A stretch of DNA of 60,921 nucleotides, taken from positions 1-60,921 of the forward strand of contig DASYSC010000057.1 of NCBI GenBank assembly GCA_036003765.1. The letters are read 5' to 3'. The stretch's first letter is position 1. The number at the start of each line of letters is the position of its first letter. The stretch is from Candidatus Limnocylindria bacterium. GTDB taxonomy: Bacteria > Chloroflexota > Limnocylindria > P2-11E. The notes beneath the pieces are model-generated. The model was not told where the DNA came from and searched no databases. It saw only the letters and a list, made by a program, of their open reading frames with translations. Both the position numbers and the translations under genes were made by a program. Of this stretch, positions 17,103-29,039 are shown in pieces.

Positions 17103-18059
17103 GTGAGTGCGCGCTTGCTCGTACGCGACGAAGGTGCCGTGGTGGAGCGTCCGACGGGAGAGATCCCCGAGCACCGCACGAAGCCCTGCTGGATCGACAT
17201 CCCGGATCGGCACAGCGAGGAGCTCGCGCGCGTGGCGCGCGATCTGGGGCTGCATCCGCTCGCCGTGGAGGACGCGACCGAACGAGACGAGCGGCCGAAG
17301 ATCGACCAGTACGACGACCACTACTTCATCGTGTTCTATGCGATCGACTCGCCCTCACCGGACGTCGTCGAATATCACGAGGTCTCGATCTTCGTTGTGC
17401 CCAACGCCATCGTCACGGTTCACGATGGCGAGTGCGCGGCGCTCAAGCAGGTCGAGAAGCGGTTCCGCGAAGGTCGCTTGCAGACGACCGGCCTGCTCCT
17501 GCACGCGCTGCTCGACACGATGGTCGACCGCTACTTCGAGGTCGTGGATCAATTCGGGGAGCGCATCGAGCTCCTCGAGGGCTTCATCGAGCACGGCGGC
17601 GACAGGGGCGACACGAGGATGCCGATGCGTGAGCTCTTTCTCGTGAAGCATGATCTCCTGCATCTGCGAAAGACGATCGCGCCGGAGCGCGACGTCCTCC
17701 AGGTGCTGGTACGGGGCGACCTCCGCGAGCTGCGCGAGACCGGCCGGCGCGCGTACTTCCAGGACGTGTACGACCACATCATCCGCGTGACCGACGAGAT
17801 CGACACGTTCCGCGAGCTCGCCTCGAACGTGATAGATGCCTACCTCGCGGCCGCGTCGAACCGCCTCAACGAGGTCATGAAGGTCCTCACGAGCATCGCG
17901 ACCGTCCTCCTCGTGCTCACGGTCGTGACGGGGTTCTTCGGCCAGAACTGGGCCTTCATCCCATACGGATCGGTAGCCCTGTTCTGGACGTCGATGGCCA
18001 TTACCGCGGTTCTCGCGCTGGGCCTCGTGATGTACTTCCGCCGCCGCGGCTGGCTGTAG
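17103..18059 (+). CDS. corA: CorA-family divalent cation channel (GQN variant)
   Basis: CorA cytoplasmic domain plus two C-terminal TM helices. The signature position reads FGQNW instead of YGMNF. Confidence 0.82.
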   Translation: MSARLLVRDEGAVVERPTGEIPEHRTKPCWIDIPDRHSEELARVARDLGLHPLAVEDATERDERPKIDQYDDHYFIVFYAIDSPSPDVVEYHEVSIFVVPNAIVTVHDGECAALKQVEKRFREGRLQTTGLLLHALLDTMVDRYFEVVDQFGERIELLEGFIEHGGDRGDTRMPMRELFLVKHDLLHLRKTIAPERDVLQVLVRGDLRELRETGRRAYFQDVYDHIIRVTDEIDTFRELASNVIDAYLAAASNRLNEVMKVLTSIATVLLVLTVVTGFFGQNWAFIPYGSVALFWTSMAITAVLALGLVMYFRRRGWL

Positions 18060-18103
18060 AGCCCGTTCGCGGAGGCGCGTTTTCTCACATACACTCGCGG
18101 TAC

Positions 18104-18430
18104 TTGGCCGCACCCCGCACCCCGGGTGGAGCGCGCTCGAACGCGGCGATCCTGGGCCAGGTCGGAATCATGGTCGCGGTCCCCATAGTCGTAGGCGCCT
18201 GGCTCGGTCAAAAGCTCGACGAAAGCGCAGGCACAGCGCCCTGGGGACTGCTTGGTCTGACGTTCCTGGGTATGGCCGTTGCTGGGTTCGGCGTTGCGTA
18301 CCTGCTCCGGCGGTATTTGGCTGAGAATCCCATCGGCCCGGTGAGCGACCGGGCGAGGCGAGCAGGGCGGAGCTGGCAGGCGGAGATCGACGAACGAGAG
18401 CAAAAGCGCGAAGCAGGGGAGGACGAGTAA
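18104..18430 (+). CDS. AtpZ/AtpI-type ATP synthase accessory membrane protein
   Basis: 108 aa with GAWLGQKLDESAGTAPWGLLGLTFLGM. First gene of the atp operon. TTG start. Confidence 0.6.
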   Translation: MAAPRTPGGARSNAAILGQVGIMVAVPIVVGAWLGQKLDESAGTAPWGLLGLTFLGMAVAGFGVAYLLRRYLAENPIGPVSDRARRAGRSWQAEIDEREQKREAGEDE

Positions 18431-18433
18431 GGC

Positions 18434-19312
18434 GTGCCGCCGACGTATCCCGACATCCCAAAGGCCTTCGAGCTCACCGGCGAGCCGCTATTCACGCTCG
18501 GCACGACCGGCGAGCCGGGCGACGTCGCGGGCATCGGCATCGTGTGGGACTGGAGCTACACGAACGCGCACTTCACGATGCTCCTCGTCATCCTGCTGCT
18601 CTCGGGTGTCGCGATCCTCGTGACGCGGCGGCTCACTGACCGACCCGGCGGTCTTCAGAACTTTGTCGAGCTCCTCGTTCAAGGGCTCGCAGATTTCGTC
18701 GAGAGCATCGGCGGACCGAGCGTACTGAAATACCTTCCGTTGTTCGGCACGCTCCTCCTCTTCCTGGTCACCTCGAACTGGCTCTCGGTCGTGCCGTTCG
18801 TCGGTCAGGTCAGCTGGCTCCACGCGCCGACCGCCGACTACCACATCAACGCCGGGCTCGCGATCTTGGCGTTCGGGCTCTATCAGGCCGAAGGCCTTCG
18901 GCAGAACGGCCCCAGTTACCTGAAGCGCTGGGTCAACCTCTCCGGCTTCATGGAGAAGGGCGGCCTGAAGTTCATGCTCGGGCCGATCTTCTTGCTCGTC
19001 GGGCTCATCGAGTTCGCGAGCGAGCTCTTCCGCATGCTGACGCTGACCCTGCGTCTTTGGGGCAACGTGCTCGGTGGCGAGATCATGCTCGTGGTCATGA
19101 GCGCGCTTCTATTCGTTCCGGGGGTGGCGCTCCCGTTCGTCGGGCTCGAGGTTTTCATCGGCCTCGTCCAGGGACTGATCTTCTCGCTCCTTGTTCTGAT
19201 CTACTTCATCCTCGCCACCGAGTCACACGAAGAGCACGGCGAAACGGAGCACGCGCTCGAACCGCATCCTGACGATGTCCAGCTAGCGCACGCGACCCCG
19301 CGCGCCGCATGA
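18434..19312 (+). CDS. atpB: ATP synthase Fo subunit a
   Basis: LTLRLWGNVLGGEIM with the conserved Arg. Polytopic. Confidence 0.92.
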   Translation: MPPTYPDIPKAFELTGEPLFTLGTTGEPGDVAGIGIVWDWSYTNAHFTMLLVILLLSGVAILVTRRLTDRPGGLQNFVELLVQGLADFVESIGGPSVLKYLPLFGTLLLFLVTSNWLSVVPFVGQVSWLHAPTADYHINAGLAILAFGLYQAEGLRQNGPSYLKRWVNLSGFMEKGGLKFMLGPIFLLVGLIEFASELFRMLTLTLRLWGNVLGGEIMLVVMSALLFVPGVALPFVGLEVFIGLVQGLIFSLLVLIYFILATESHEEHGETEHALEPHPDDVQLAHATPRAA

Positions 19313-19340
19313 CCAAAATCAGCAGGAGGGCTCTCGACCT

Positions 19341-19562
19341 ATGAATCTCGCTTGGCTTGCCGCCGGGATCGCCGTCGGCTTCGGCGTCCTCGGTCCGGGT
19401 ATCGGTATCGGCATCCTCACGGCGAAGTCATCCGAGGCGATGGGCCGCAACCCCGACGCCGCGGCCATTGTCCGAACGAACATGATCATCGGCGCCGCGC
19501 TCGCGGAGGGACTTGGGATCCTCGCGTTCGTGCTCGGGATCCTTCTCTCCGGTAAGACCTAG
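19341..19562 (+). CDS. atpE: ATP synthase Fo subunit c
   Basis: 73-aa hairpin with GRNPD loop and carboxylate in IGAALAEGLGI. Confidence 0.92.
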   Translation: MNLAWLAAGIAVGFGVLGPGIGIGILTAKSSEAMGRNPDAAAIVRTNMIIGAALAEGLGILAFVLGILLSGKT

Positions 19563-19565
19563 TCG

Positions 19566-20108
19566 ATGCTCGTCTCGCCCGGGTTCGAGGAGGCAGGCGG
19601 AGGTGCACTCACAGTGCACCCCTATTGGGTTCTCGTCTCGATTGTCCAGTTCCTGCTTCTGTTCTATCTGCTGCGGCGCTTTCTCTGGGGACCGGTGCTG
19701 CGCACGCTGCGTGACCGCGCAGCCCGGATCCGCGAAGGGCTCGAGCTCGCCGAGGAGGCGAAGGCCGAGCGCGAGCGCATCAAGGCCGAGGTGGAACGGC
19801 TCCTCGCCGCGGCGCGCCTTGAAGCCCAGGCGATCGCCGACCAGACGACGAAAGCGGCCGAGGAGGCCGCCGCGGCCATCCGCGCGCAGGCGAAGGCGGA
19901 GGCGGATCGGATCCGCGAACACGGCCGCGTTGATGCGCGGCAGCTTCACGACCAGGCGCTCGCCCAGCTCCGCTCCGAGGTCGCCGGGATGGTGGTACTC
20001 GCCGCGAGCCGCGTACTGGGGCGCGAGGTGAACGCGGAGCAGCACCGCGAGCTCATCGAGCGCTCGCTCGAGGAAGCCGGCACGCAGCTCTCGGAGGGTC
20101 CGGCCTGA
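19566..20108 (+). CDS. atpF: ATP synthase Fo subunit b
   Basis: N-terminal TM helix plus a long charged A/E/R helix. Operon position. Confidence 0.85.
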   Translation: MLVSPGFEEAGGGALTVHPYWVLVSIVQFLLLFYLLRRFLWGPVLRTLRDRAARIREGLELAEEAKAERERIKAEVERLLAAARLEAQAIADQTTKAAEEAAAAIRAQAKAEADRIREHGRVDARQLHDQALAQLRSEVAGMVVLAASRVLGREVNAEQHRELIERSLEEAGTQLSEGPA

Positions 20109-20683
20109 TGGCTTTGTCGGGATCCGCCGCGCGCCGCTACGCCGAGGCTCTCTTCAGCCTGGCGACGGATGAACGGACGGTCGAGGGGCTCCGCCCACCG
20201 GCCCCCGTCAAGGAAACTCAAATGGTGAAGGAGTTCCGCGTCTCGCTCGAACGGATCGCGAATGCGTTCGATCGTCGAACGATCGCCGGCCTGCGCGATC
20301 CGGCGGTCCCGATACGCCGGCGTAGGGATGCGCTCGCCGCCGCGCTGAAGGACGAGCACGCGGCGGTCCGATCGCTGCTGCTGCTCCTGCTCGACCGCGA
20401 TCGGATCGCGCTCGTTCCCAAGATCGCAGCCGCGTTTGCGAACCTCGTCGACGAGCGAGAGGGCATCGCGAAGGCGCGCATCACGACGGCGGTAGCCCTG
20501 AGCGACCCCGAACGCGAAGGCTTGATCAGCCGGCTCGAGAGCACCAGCCGCAAGAAGCTGCGTGCGACTTTTGCCGTGGACCCCGAGCTGATCGGCGGCG
20601 CCAAAGTTCAGATCGGCGACCATCTCATCGACGCGTCGCTCAGGGCGCGCTTGGCGGCGCTCCACCGCCAGCTCGCCTCATAG
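20108..20683 (+). CDS. atpH: ATP synthase F1 subunit delta
   Basis: AARRYAEALFSLA at the N-terminus and LIGGAKVQIGDHLIDASL at the C-terminus. Confidence 0.85.
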   Translation: MALSGSAARRYAEALFSLATDERTVEGLRPPAPVKETQMVKEFRVSLERIANAFDRRTIAGLRDPAVPIRRRRDALAAALKDEHAAVRSLLLLLLDRDRIALVPKIAAAFANLVDEREGIAKARITTAVALSDPEREGLISRLESTSRKKLRATFAVDPELIGGAKVQIGDHLIDASLRARLAALHRQLAS

Positions 20684-20695
20684 GAGGAAAAGGCC

Positions 20696-22303
20696 GTGGC
20701 CGCTTCGTCAGAGATCACCGACATCATCAAAGCGCAGATCCGCCGCTTCGAGGGGGACGCCGAGCCGGTCGATGTCGGCACGGTCGTCGAGGTCGGCGAC
20801 GGGATCGCGCGCATCTACGGTCTCGCGGGCTGCATGGCCAGCGAGCTCCTCGACTTCGGTCACGACGTGTTCGGCCTGGCCTTCAACCTCGAAGAAGACA
20901 CGGTGAGCGCGATCATCCTCGGCGAATACCAAGAGATCAAAGAGGGCGACGAGGTTCGCACCACCGGACGGATCGCGTCGGTGCCGGTCGGGGAGGCGCT
21001 CGTGGGCCGCGTCGTGGATCCACTGGGGCGACCACTCGATGGCAAAGGCGCGATCGCCACGAAGGACACGCGCCGCATCGACGTCGTGGCACCGCGCGTC
21101 ATCACACGAAAGAACGTCGATACGCCGGTCCAGACCGGCATCAAGGCCATCGATTCGATGACCCCGATCGGGCGCGGCCAGCGCGAGCTCATCATCGGCG
21201 ACCGACAGACCGGCAAGACCGCCATCGCGATCGACACCATCATCAATCAGAAGGGCAAGGACCTCACCTGCATCTACGTCGCGATCGGACAGAAGGAGTC
21301 CTCGGTCGCGAAGATCGTCGCGACGCTGGAAGAGCACGAGGCGATGGACCACACCATCGTGGTCATCGCCGGGGCCGCCGATCCGGCAACGCTCCAGTAC
21401 ATCGCACCTTTCTCAGGATGCTCGATGGGCGAATATTTCCGCGACGCGGGGAAGGACGCGCTCATCGTCTACGACGACCTGACCAAGCATGCCTGGGCAT
21501 ACCGGCAGGTCTCGCTGCTGGTGCGCCGGCCGCCGGGCCGCGAGGCCTATCCCGGCGACGTCTTTTACCTGCACTCGCGGTTGCTCGAGCGGGCTGCACG
21601 CATGAATGAAGAGAACGGTGGGGGTTCGCTCACCGCGCTGCCGATCATCGAGACGCAGGCGAACGACATCTCGGCGTACATCCCGACCAACGTCATCTCC
21701 ATCACCGACGGGCAGATCTACCTCGAGACGGACTTGTTCAATGCCGGGATCCGGCCGGCCATCAACTCTGGCCTCTCGGTGTCCCGCGTAGGGGGTGACG
21801 CGCAGATCAAAGCGATGAGCAAGGTCACGGGAAGCCTGCGCATCGACCTTGGCCAGTACCGGGAGCTCGCCGCGTTCGCCCAGTTCGGCTCGGACCTCGA
21901 CAAGGCGACACAGCAGCAGCTCCGGCGTGGCGAGCGCCTCGTCGAGATGCTGAAGCAGCCGCAGTACCAGCCCGTGCCGGTCGAGAAGGAGATCGTGATC
22001 ATCTTCTGCGGCACGGCCGGCTATCTCGACGACGTGCCGAAGGAGAAGGTCAGGGATTTCGAGCGTGACCTCTACCGTTACATGGACTCGGTCGGAAAGA
22101 AGGTCGCCGATCGCATCCTCAAAGAGAAGAAGTGGACGCCCGAGATCGAAAAAGACGTCCGCGCGATGATCGAAGAGTTCAAGAAGAGCCATCCCTACAG
22201 CGAACAGCCGGCGCCTCCGGCGAAGGAGCCGGAGAAGCCCTCAGGGGGCTCCGCGCCCCGGCCCCCAACCGAGGCGAAGCAGCCCGCGGCGGCGAAGGCC
22301 TGA
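20696..22303 (+). CDS. atpA: ATP synthase F1 subunit alpha with about 35-aa P/A/K-rich C-terminal extension
   Basis: Walker [17 protein letters not shown] upstream. Tail is [38 protein letters not shown]. Confidence 0.97.
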   Translation: MAASSEITDIIKAQIRRFEGDAEPVDVGTVVEVGDGIARIYGLAGCMASELLDFGHDVFGLAFNLEEDTVSAIILGEYQEIKEGDEVRTTGRIASVPVGEALVGRVVDPLGRPLDGKGAIATKDTRRIDVVAPRVITRKNVDTPVQTGIKAIDSMTPIGRGQRELIIGDRQTGKTAIAIDTIINQKGKDLTCIYVAIGQKESSVAKIVATLEEHEAMDHTIVVIAGAADPATLQYIAPFSGCSMGEYFRDAGKDALIVYDDLTKHAWAYRQVSLLVRRPPGREAYPGDVFYLHSRLLERAARMNEENGGGSLTALPIIETQANDISAYIPTNVISITDGQIYLETDLFNAGIRPAINSGLSVSRVGGDAQIKAMSKVTGSLRIDLGQYRELAAFAQFGSDLDKATQQQLRRGERLVEMLKQPQYQPVPVEKEIVIIFCGTAGYLDDVPKEKVRDFERDLYRYMDSVGKKVADRILKEKKWTPEIEKDVRAMIEEFKKSHPYSEQPAPPAKEPEKPSGGSAPRPPTEAKQPAAAKA

Positions 22304-22306
22304 GCC

Positions 22307-24604
<2,298 letters not shown>

Positions 24605-24605
<1 letters not shown>

Positions 24606-25018
24606 TGCCGCTACACCTCGAGGTCATCACGCCTGAACGGCAGGTTTACGAGGACGACGTCGACATGGTCATCGCCCCCGGCAGCGAGGGGTACCTCGGG
24701 ATCCTCCCGCACCACACGGCACTCTTCACCACTCTCGGTCCGGGCGTGTTTCGCGTGAAAAAAGGCGGTGTCGAGGAGGTCCTGGCGGTGTTCGGTGGCT
24801 TCATGGACGTCCGCGCCGACCGCGTGGTCGTGCTCACCGATGCCGCGGAGCACGCCGAGGAGATCGACGCCGGACGGGCCCAGGAAGCCCGAGAGCGCGC
24901 TCAGCAGGTCCTCGCCGCGGGCGCGGCGACGGCCGCCGACGAGCAGCGGGCGCGGGCTGAGCTCCAGCGCGCCCTCGTCCGGCTGCGGGTCAGCGAAAGC
25001 CGACGCCGGCGGCGGTGA
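24605..25018 (+). CDS. atpC: ATP synthase F1 subunit epsilon
   Basis: LHLEVITPERQVYEDDVDMVIAPGSEGYLGILPHH. 1-nt overlap with atpD. Confidence 0.9.
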
Positions 25019-25077
25019 TTGCGGGCGCTCGCTAAACCGCTAGGCTGTGCCCATCAGCTAGGGGGCTGTGGGGTGGA

Positions 25078-26220
25078 GTGGCGCTGAAGGTAGCGAGGAC
25101 GCTCGCGCTTACGTTTATCGCGACCATCGTGGCCGCCGCTTGTTCATCCGCAGGCGTCGGCGGTCCCGCTCGCGAGATCCTGCAGCACCGACCGCCACCG
25201 GACGAGCTCCTGAGACCGGCTGGCACCCCGACACCCGTTCCCGCGCCGTCACCAATTCCGCCGCTTTATGCGAAGCTCCGCATCTTCGTCGCGTCCGAAA
25301 GCACCGAACAGGTCTGGGTCCTCGACGGGAAGCCAGGCGAGCCATTCGAGCTCGTCGGCAAGATCTCCGTCGGCAAGCTCCCGCATCAGCTCGCGGTCTC
25401 GCCCGATGGCAGGTGGGTCGCGGTGAACAACCGTATGGGGAATACGACCTCGATCATCGACCCCGTGTCGATGAAGGAAGTCGTGCGGCTCGTGGTCGGG
25501 AAGCAGCCCCACGGGATCGCGTGGTCGCCGGACAGCAAGACCCTCTTCGTCGCCCACGAGCGCGACATGTACATCTCCCGGTTCGAAGCCGCGACATGGA
25601 AGCCGCTCGCACCCTTGATGGTCGGAGTCCCGCAGCACGTGCTCACGATCGCGCCGAGCCGGCCGAACGAGCTCTGGTTCACGCTGACCAACACCTCGCA
25701 GGGCGACGTCCTTCGGGTGTACGACCTCGACACGAACAAGGTCACGAACATCAAGGTCTCGGACGTGCACGATGCGTATTTCACCCCCGACGAGAGCGAG
25801 GTGTGGTCGAGCTCCTCGGGCTTCCTCAACAAGCCGTCAGACCGGATGGTCGTCTACGACCCGGGGACGAAGACGGTGAAGGCGGAGATCCGCTTCCCCG
25901 GCTATTACCCGTTCCACACCGAGAAGCTGGACCAGGACGGCGTGTTCTTCATGGCCGACAAGTCGGTGATGGTCCTCTCAGACCATGTCGGTCCGGGTCT
26001 GATGTGGGTCGACTGGCGCGAGCGGCGCGTCGTCGGCGAGACCAAGCTCGGTCAGCAGCCCTTTCACACGACGTATGACCCGGAAGGCGATCGCCTCCTG
26101 ACAACGACGAACGTCGATGGCATGGTCAACGTCATCGATGTGAGGACGCGCGCGGTCGTTCAGAAAGTGGCCGTGCCCAAGGCGCATGGCATAGGAGCGG
26201 TGCCGATCACAGCGCCCTAG
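25078..26220 (+). CDS. secreted/lipoprotein beta-propeller repeat protein (YVTN-like)
   Basis: Signal plus lipobox IVAAAC. Repeated blades with motifs such as PHGIAWSPDSKTLFVA and PHQLAVSPDGRWVAV. Confidence 0.68.
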   Translation: MALKVARTLALTFIATIVAAACSSAGVGGPAREILQHRPPPDELLRPAGTPTPVPAPSPIPPLYAKLRIFVASESTEQVWVLDGKPGEPFELVGKISVGKLPHQLAVSPDGRWVAVNNRMGNTTSIIDPVSMKEVVRLVVGKQPHGIAWSPDSKTLFVAHERDMYISRFEAATWKPLAPLMVGVPQHVLTIAPSRPNELWFTLTNTSQGDVLRVYDLDTNKVTNIKVSDVHDAYFTPDESEVWSSSSGFLNKPSDRMVVYDPGTKTVKAEIRFPGYYPFHTEKLDQDGVFFMADKSVMVLSDHVGPGLMWVDWRERRVVGETKLGQQPFHTTYDPEGDRLLTTTNVDGMVNVIDVRTRAVVQKVAVPKAHGIGAVPITAP

Positions 26221-26229
26221 AGTCGGGCA

Positions 26230-26706
26230 GTGCTCTTCCGCATCCTCGCGGGGATCTACAACGCGCTCCCCATTCGCTGGCAGCGACGCTTGCTTGACCG
26301 CACTCAACACCGCTTCCTCGTCGGCGTCGCCGGACTCGGCGTGGACACGGACGGCCGCGTGCTCCTCGCGCGGCACCGCTTCGGGGCGCCCCAGTGGCGT
26401 TTCCTTGGCGGGTTCGTCGACGTCCGCGAGCGCATTGAGGACGCGCTGGCGCGCGAGATCCGCGAGGAGACCGGCCTCGAGATCGAGGTCGGGCCGATCC
26501 TCGAGGCCATCCCCGGGTACCGCTGGCAGCGGATCGAGCTCGTCTACGCATACCGGCCGTCGGGCGGCGCGCAGCGGTTGTCCGACGAGGTCATCGAGCT
26601 CCGCGCGTTCGATCCGGCCGATCTTCCGGATATGCGCGCCGATCAGCGCGGGATGATCGAGCGGCACGCCTCGCGCGCGGTGGAGTGGGCGCGACAGCGA
26701 GCGTGA
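26230..26706 (+). CDS. NUDIX hydrolase
   Basis: Nudix box GGFVDVRERIEDALAREIREETGLE. Confidence 0.85.
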   Translation: MLFRILAGIYNALPIRWQRRLLDRTQHRFLVGVAGLGVDTDGRVLLARHRFGAPQWRFLGGFVDVRERIEDALAREIREETGLEIEVGPILEAIPGYRWQRIELVYAYRPSGGAQRLSDEVIELRAFDPADLPDMRADQRGMIERHASRAVEWARQRA

Positions 26707-27566
26707 GACGCGTCATCGTCGCGGTGCTCTTCGCGATCCTTTTGGCCTGGCTCGCGGCTCCGGTCGCCCGCGCCTACCAGCTCGTCGCCGGGCACCCGAG
26801 CGATGTCAGACCACCGGCCGATCTGGCGGTCGAAGATGTGATCTTCGGGAATGCCGATGCCCCACTCTCGGGCTGGCTCGCGCGCGCGACGAAGGGCGCT
26901 CCGGCCGTCGTGCTCGCGCACGGGTTCAAGAGCTCGCGCGATGAGATGCTGCCGTGGGCTCGGTTTCTCCACGAGGCCGGGTACAACGTGCTGCTCTTCG
27001 ACACGCGCGCCTGCGGAAAGAGCGGGGGAGGCACGGTCGGCCTCGGGGCGATCGAGGCGCAGAACATCGAGCTCGCCGTCGGGTCCGCGAAGGATGCCTT
27101 CGCCACCGGCCGCGTGGGGGTTCTCGGCATCTCGCTGAGCGCGGGTGCGGCGATCCTCGCCGCGGCAAACGATGCCGACATCAGCGCGGTCGTCGCCGAC
27201 AGCGCCTGGACCGATCAGGACCTGCAGCTCGCGCGCCTTTCGTTTCTGCCGATCGGCCAGCTACGCATCCCGCTTCCGCCGTTCGGGGTCGCGGCGGTGA
27301 ACGCGATGGTGGGGGCCGACGTGACCAAAGCGCGCCCGATCGACGTCATCGCGCGGGTCGCACCGCGCCCGCTGTTCCTGATCCACTCGGCGGACGACGA
27401 CAACGCGACCACGACGGTCGACGGCGCGCGCCGCCTCTTCGACGCCGCCGGCGAGCCGAAGCAGCTGTGGATCGCCCCGCGCGGCGGGCATGTCGGCGCG
27501 ATCAACGCGTTCCCCGACGAATATCGCTCGCGCGTCCTCGCGTTCTTTCGCGACGCGCTTCGTTAG
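26703..27566 (+). CDS. alpha/beta hydrolase with N-terminal membrane anchor
   Basis: Nucleophile elbow GISLSAG plus later D and H. Start placed at GTG 26703 (GTGA overlap); the track start at 26685 is also possible. Confidence 0.72.
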   Translation: MRRVIVAVLFAILLAWLAAPVARAYQLVAGHPSDVRPPADLAVEDVIFGNADAPLSGWLARATKGAPAVVLAHGFKSSRDEMLPWARFLHEAGYNVLLFDTRACGKSGGGTVGLGAIEAQNIELAVGSAKDAFATGRVGVLGISLSAGAAILAAANDADISAVVADSAWTDQDLQLARLSFLPIGQLRIPLPPFGVAAVNAMVGADVTKARPIDVIARVAPRPLFLIHSADDDNATTTVDGARRLFDAAGEPKQLWIAPRGGHVGAINAFPDEYRSRVLAFFRDALR

Positions 27567-27567
27567 C

Positions 27568-28251
27568 TCATTCGGGCGGCCGGTCAGCTCCGAGCGCCGC
27601 GATGATCTCCTTGATGTGGCCGAGGTGCTCGAACTCGTGCTCGAGGATCCGGCGCATCACTTTGCGTGTCGTCCAGCGGCGACCCATCACGGTGTGGTCG
27701 AGCGCCGTATCGGCGGGCTCCATCACCGTGAAGCGCTGGAAGGCCATGCGGTGGACGGCCTGCAGCGTGTTGAAGGGATCGTCCGGCCACTTCTCGAGCC
27801 GCGACAAGAGGTCGACCTCGGTGGTCATAACGTGTTCGAGCGCTTCGCGAATGCTCCACATTGTCTCGGTCGGCTTTCGCTCGAGCTCGTCCGGCGAGAA
27901 CTCGCGCAGGAGCGCGATCAGCGCGGAGCGCGAAGCTTCGAACTGATGGAGGAAATCACGAAGCTCGTGCTCCTCGAGCGGGCCCACGTCCTCGGGAACG
28001 ATGCGGTCCGCCGGCATGTCTCGCACGTCGAACATGTTCGGATCGAGGTCCTTCCAGTGTTCGATCGAGACGCCGCGCGCGTCGAGGAGCTCGAGATACG
28101 CGCGGAACGCGCGGCGTGCGTTCGCGACAGCCTCATCTCGCGTGGTGCCCGAGGCGATGCAGCCGCGCAGCACCGGCACATGTGCCAGCCAGTACGACTC
28201 CTCGCCCTTCAGGACATAGATCGCCGGCCGCTCGCTCAAGCCCTGGACCAA
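27568..28251 (-). CDS. HicB-like N-domain fused to DinB-family domain
   Basis: The N-terminus YVLKGEESYWLAHVPVLRGCIASGTTRDEAVANARRAFRAYLELL is HicB/UPF0150-like. The C-terminus carries DinB_2-like His residues (ALEHV ... ILEHEFEHLGH). Confidence 0.6.
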   Translation of the reverse strand: MVQGLSERPAIYVLKGEESYWLAHVPVLRGCIASGTTRDEAVANARRAFRAYLELLDARGVSIEHWKDLDPNMFDVRDMPADRIVPEDVGPLEEHELRDFLHQFEASRSALIALLREFSPDELERKPTETMWSIREALEHVMTTEVDLLSRLEKWPDDPFNTLQAVHRMAFQRFTVMEPADTALDHTVMGRRWTTRKVMRRILEHEFEHLGHIKEIIAALGADRPPE

Positions 28252-28310
28252 TCTCCCGGCTCCGCCGGGGAGACACGCTCAAGGCTGGCCGACTTACTCG
28301 TCGCGCACGC

Positions 28311-28344
28311 TCGCTTCGCTCGCTGACAGGGGCCCCTGCCCCTG
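28311..28344. repeat. GC-rich boundary element, family 1 copy
   Basis: TCGCTTCGCTCGCTGACAGGGGCCCCTGCCCCTG. On the transcribed strand it forms the hairpin CAGGGGC-aggg-GCCCCTG. Lies in the mntR-like / hicB-dinB spacer. Confidence 0.5.
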
Positions 28345-28363
28345 AGCACACTCCTCGCTCGCC

Positions 28364-29014
28364 TCACGCTCTAACCCAGACCTTCTGACCGCAGTCGGCA
28401 CGGATGGACCGCTCCCGACCCTCTACCTCCAGGCGGAGCGGCTCGCCATGACGCGGGTCCAGCACTCGGACGGCGACGCCGGGTCGCAGGCCCTGCGTGT
28501 CGAGGTACTCGAGGAAACCGGGCTCGTGCTCGAACTGGTCGGGGATCCGCTCGATCGTCGCGGTCGCGCCGCGCTCGACCTTCTCCAGCGGCTTCGTGGG
28601 GCGGGGCTTCGCCCCGGGCATGGGGTTTCCGTGGGGACAGGTCTGCGGATCGCCGAGGACGCGGATCAGCCGCTCCTCCATCTCAGGCGACATCGCGTGC
28701 TCGATGCGCTCGGCCTCCTCATGGGTCTTCCACCATTCGTAGCCGAGCAGGTCCACGAGCATCCGCTCCGCAAGGCGGTGACGCCGGACGACGTGATCGG
28801 CCAGCGCCTGACCTGTCTTGGTAAGATGCACTTCTTTATGCCCATCGAGCTCGACCAAGCCCTCTCGCTCGAGGCGGTGGAGCATCTCCGAGACCGCGGC
28901 GGCCGAAACGCCTATGAAGGCAGCGAGACGCGCGCCGATCACGTTCGCTCCCTCATCGGAAAGCGTGTAGATGGCCTGGAGGTATTCCTCGATCGCCGGC
29001 GAGCTGGTGATGAT
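28364..29014 (-). CDS. DtxR/MntR-family metal-dependent repressor with C-terminal FeoA/SH3-like domain
   Basis: HTH region ARLAAFIGVSAAAVSEMLHRLEREGLV and metal-site region HRLAERML...EEAERIEH. The conserved N-terminus SPAIEEYLQAIYTL is upstream of the first canonical start (GTG 28942). Start set at ATC 29014, after GGGAGG. Confidence 0.85.
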   Translation of the reverse strand: MITSSPAIEEYLQAIYTLSDEGANVIGARLAAFIGVSAAAVSEMLHRLEREGLVELDGHKEVHLTKTGQALADHVVRRHRLAERMLVDLLGYEWWKTHEEAERIEHAMSPEMEERLIRVLGDPQTCPHGNPMPGAKPRPTKPLEKVERGATATIERIPDQFEHEPGFLEYLDTQGLRPGVAVRVLDPRHGEPLRLEVEGRERSIRADCGQKVWVRA

Positions 29015-29039
29015 TGTTGACCTCCCAGGTCGGAAATCG

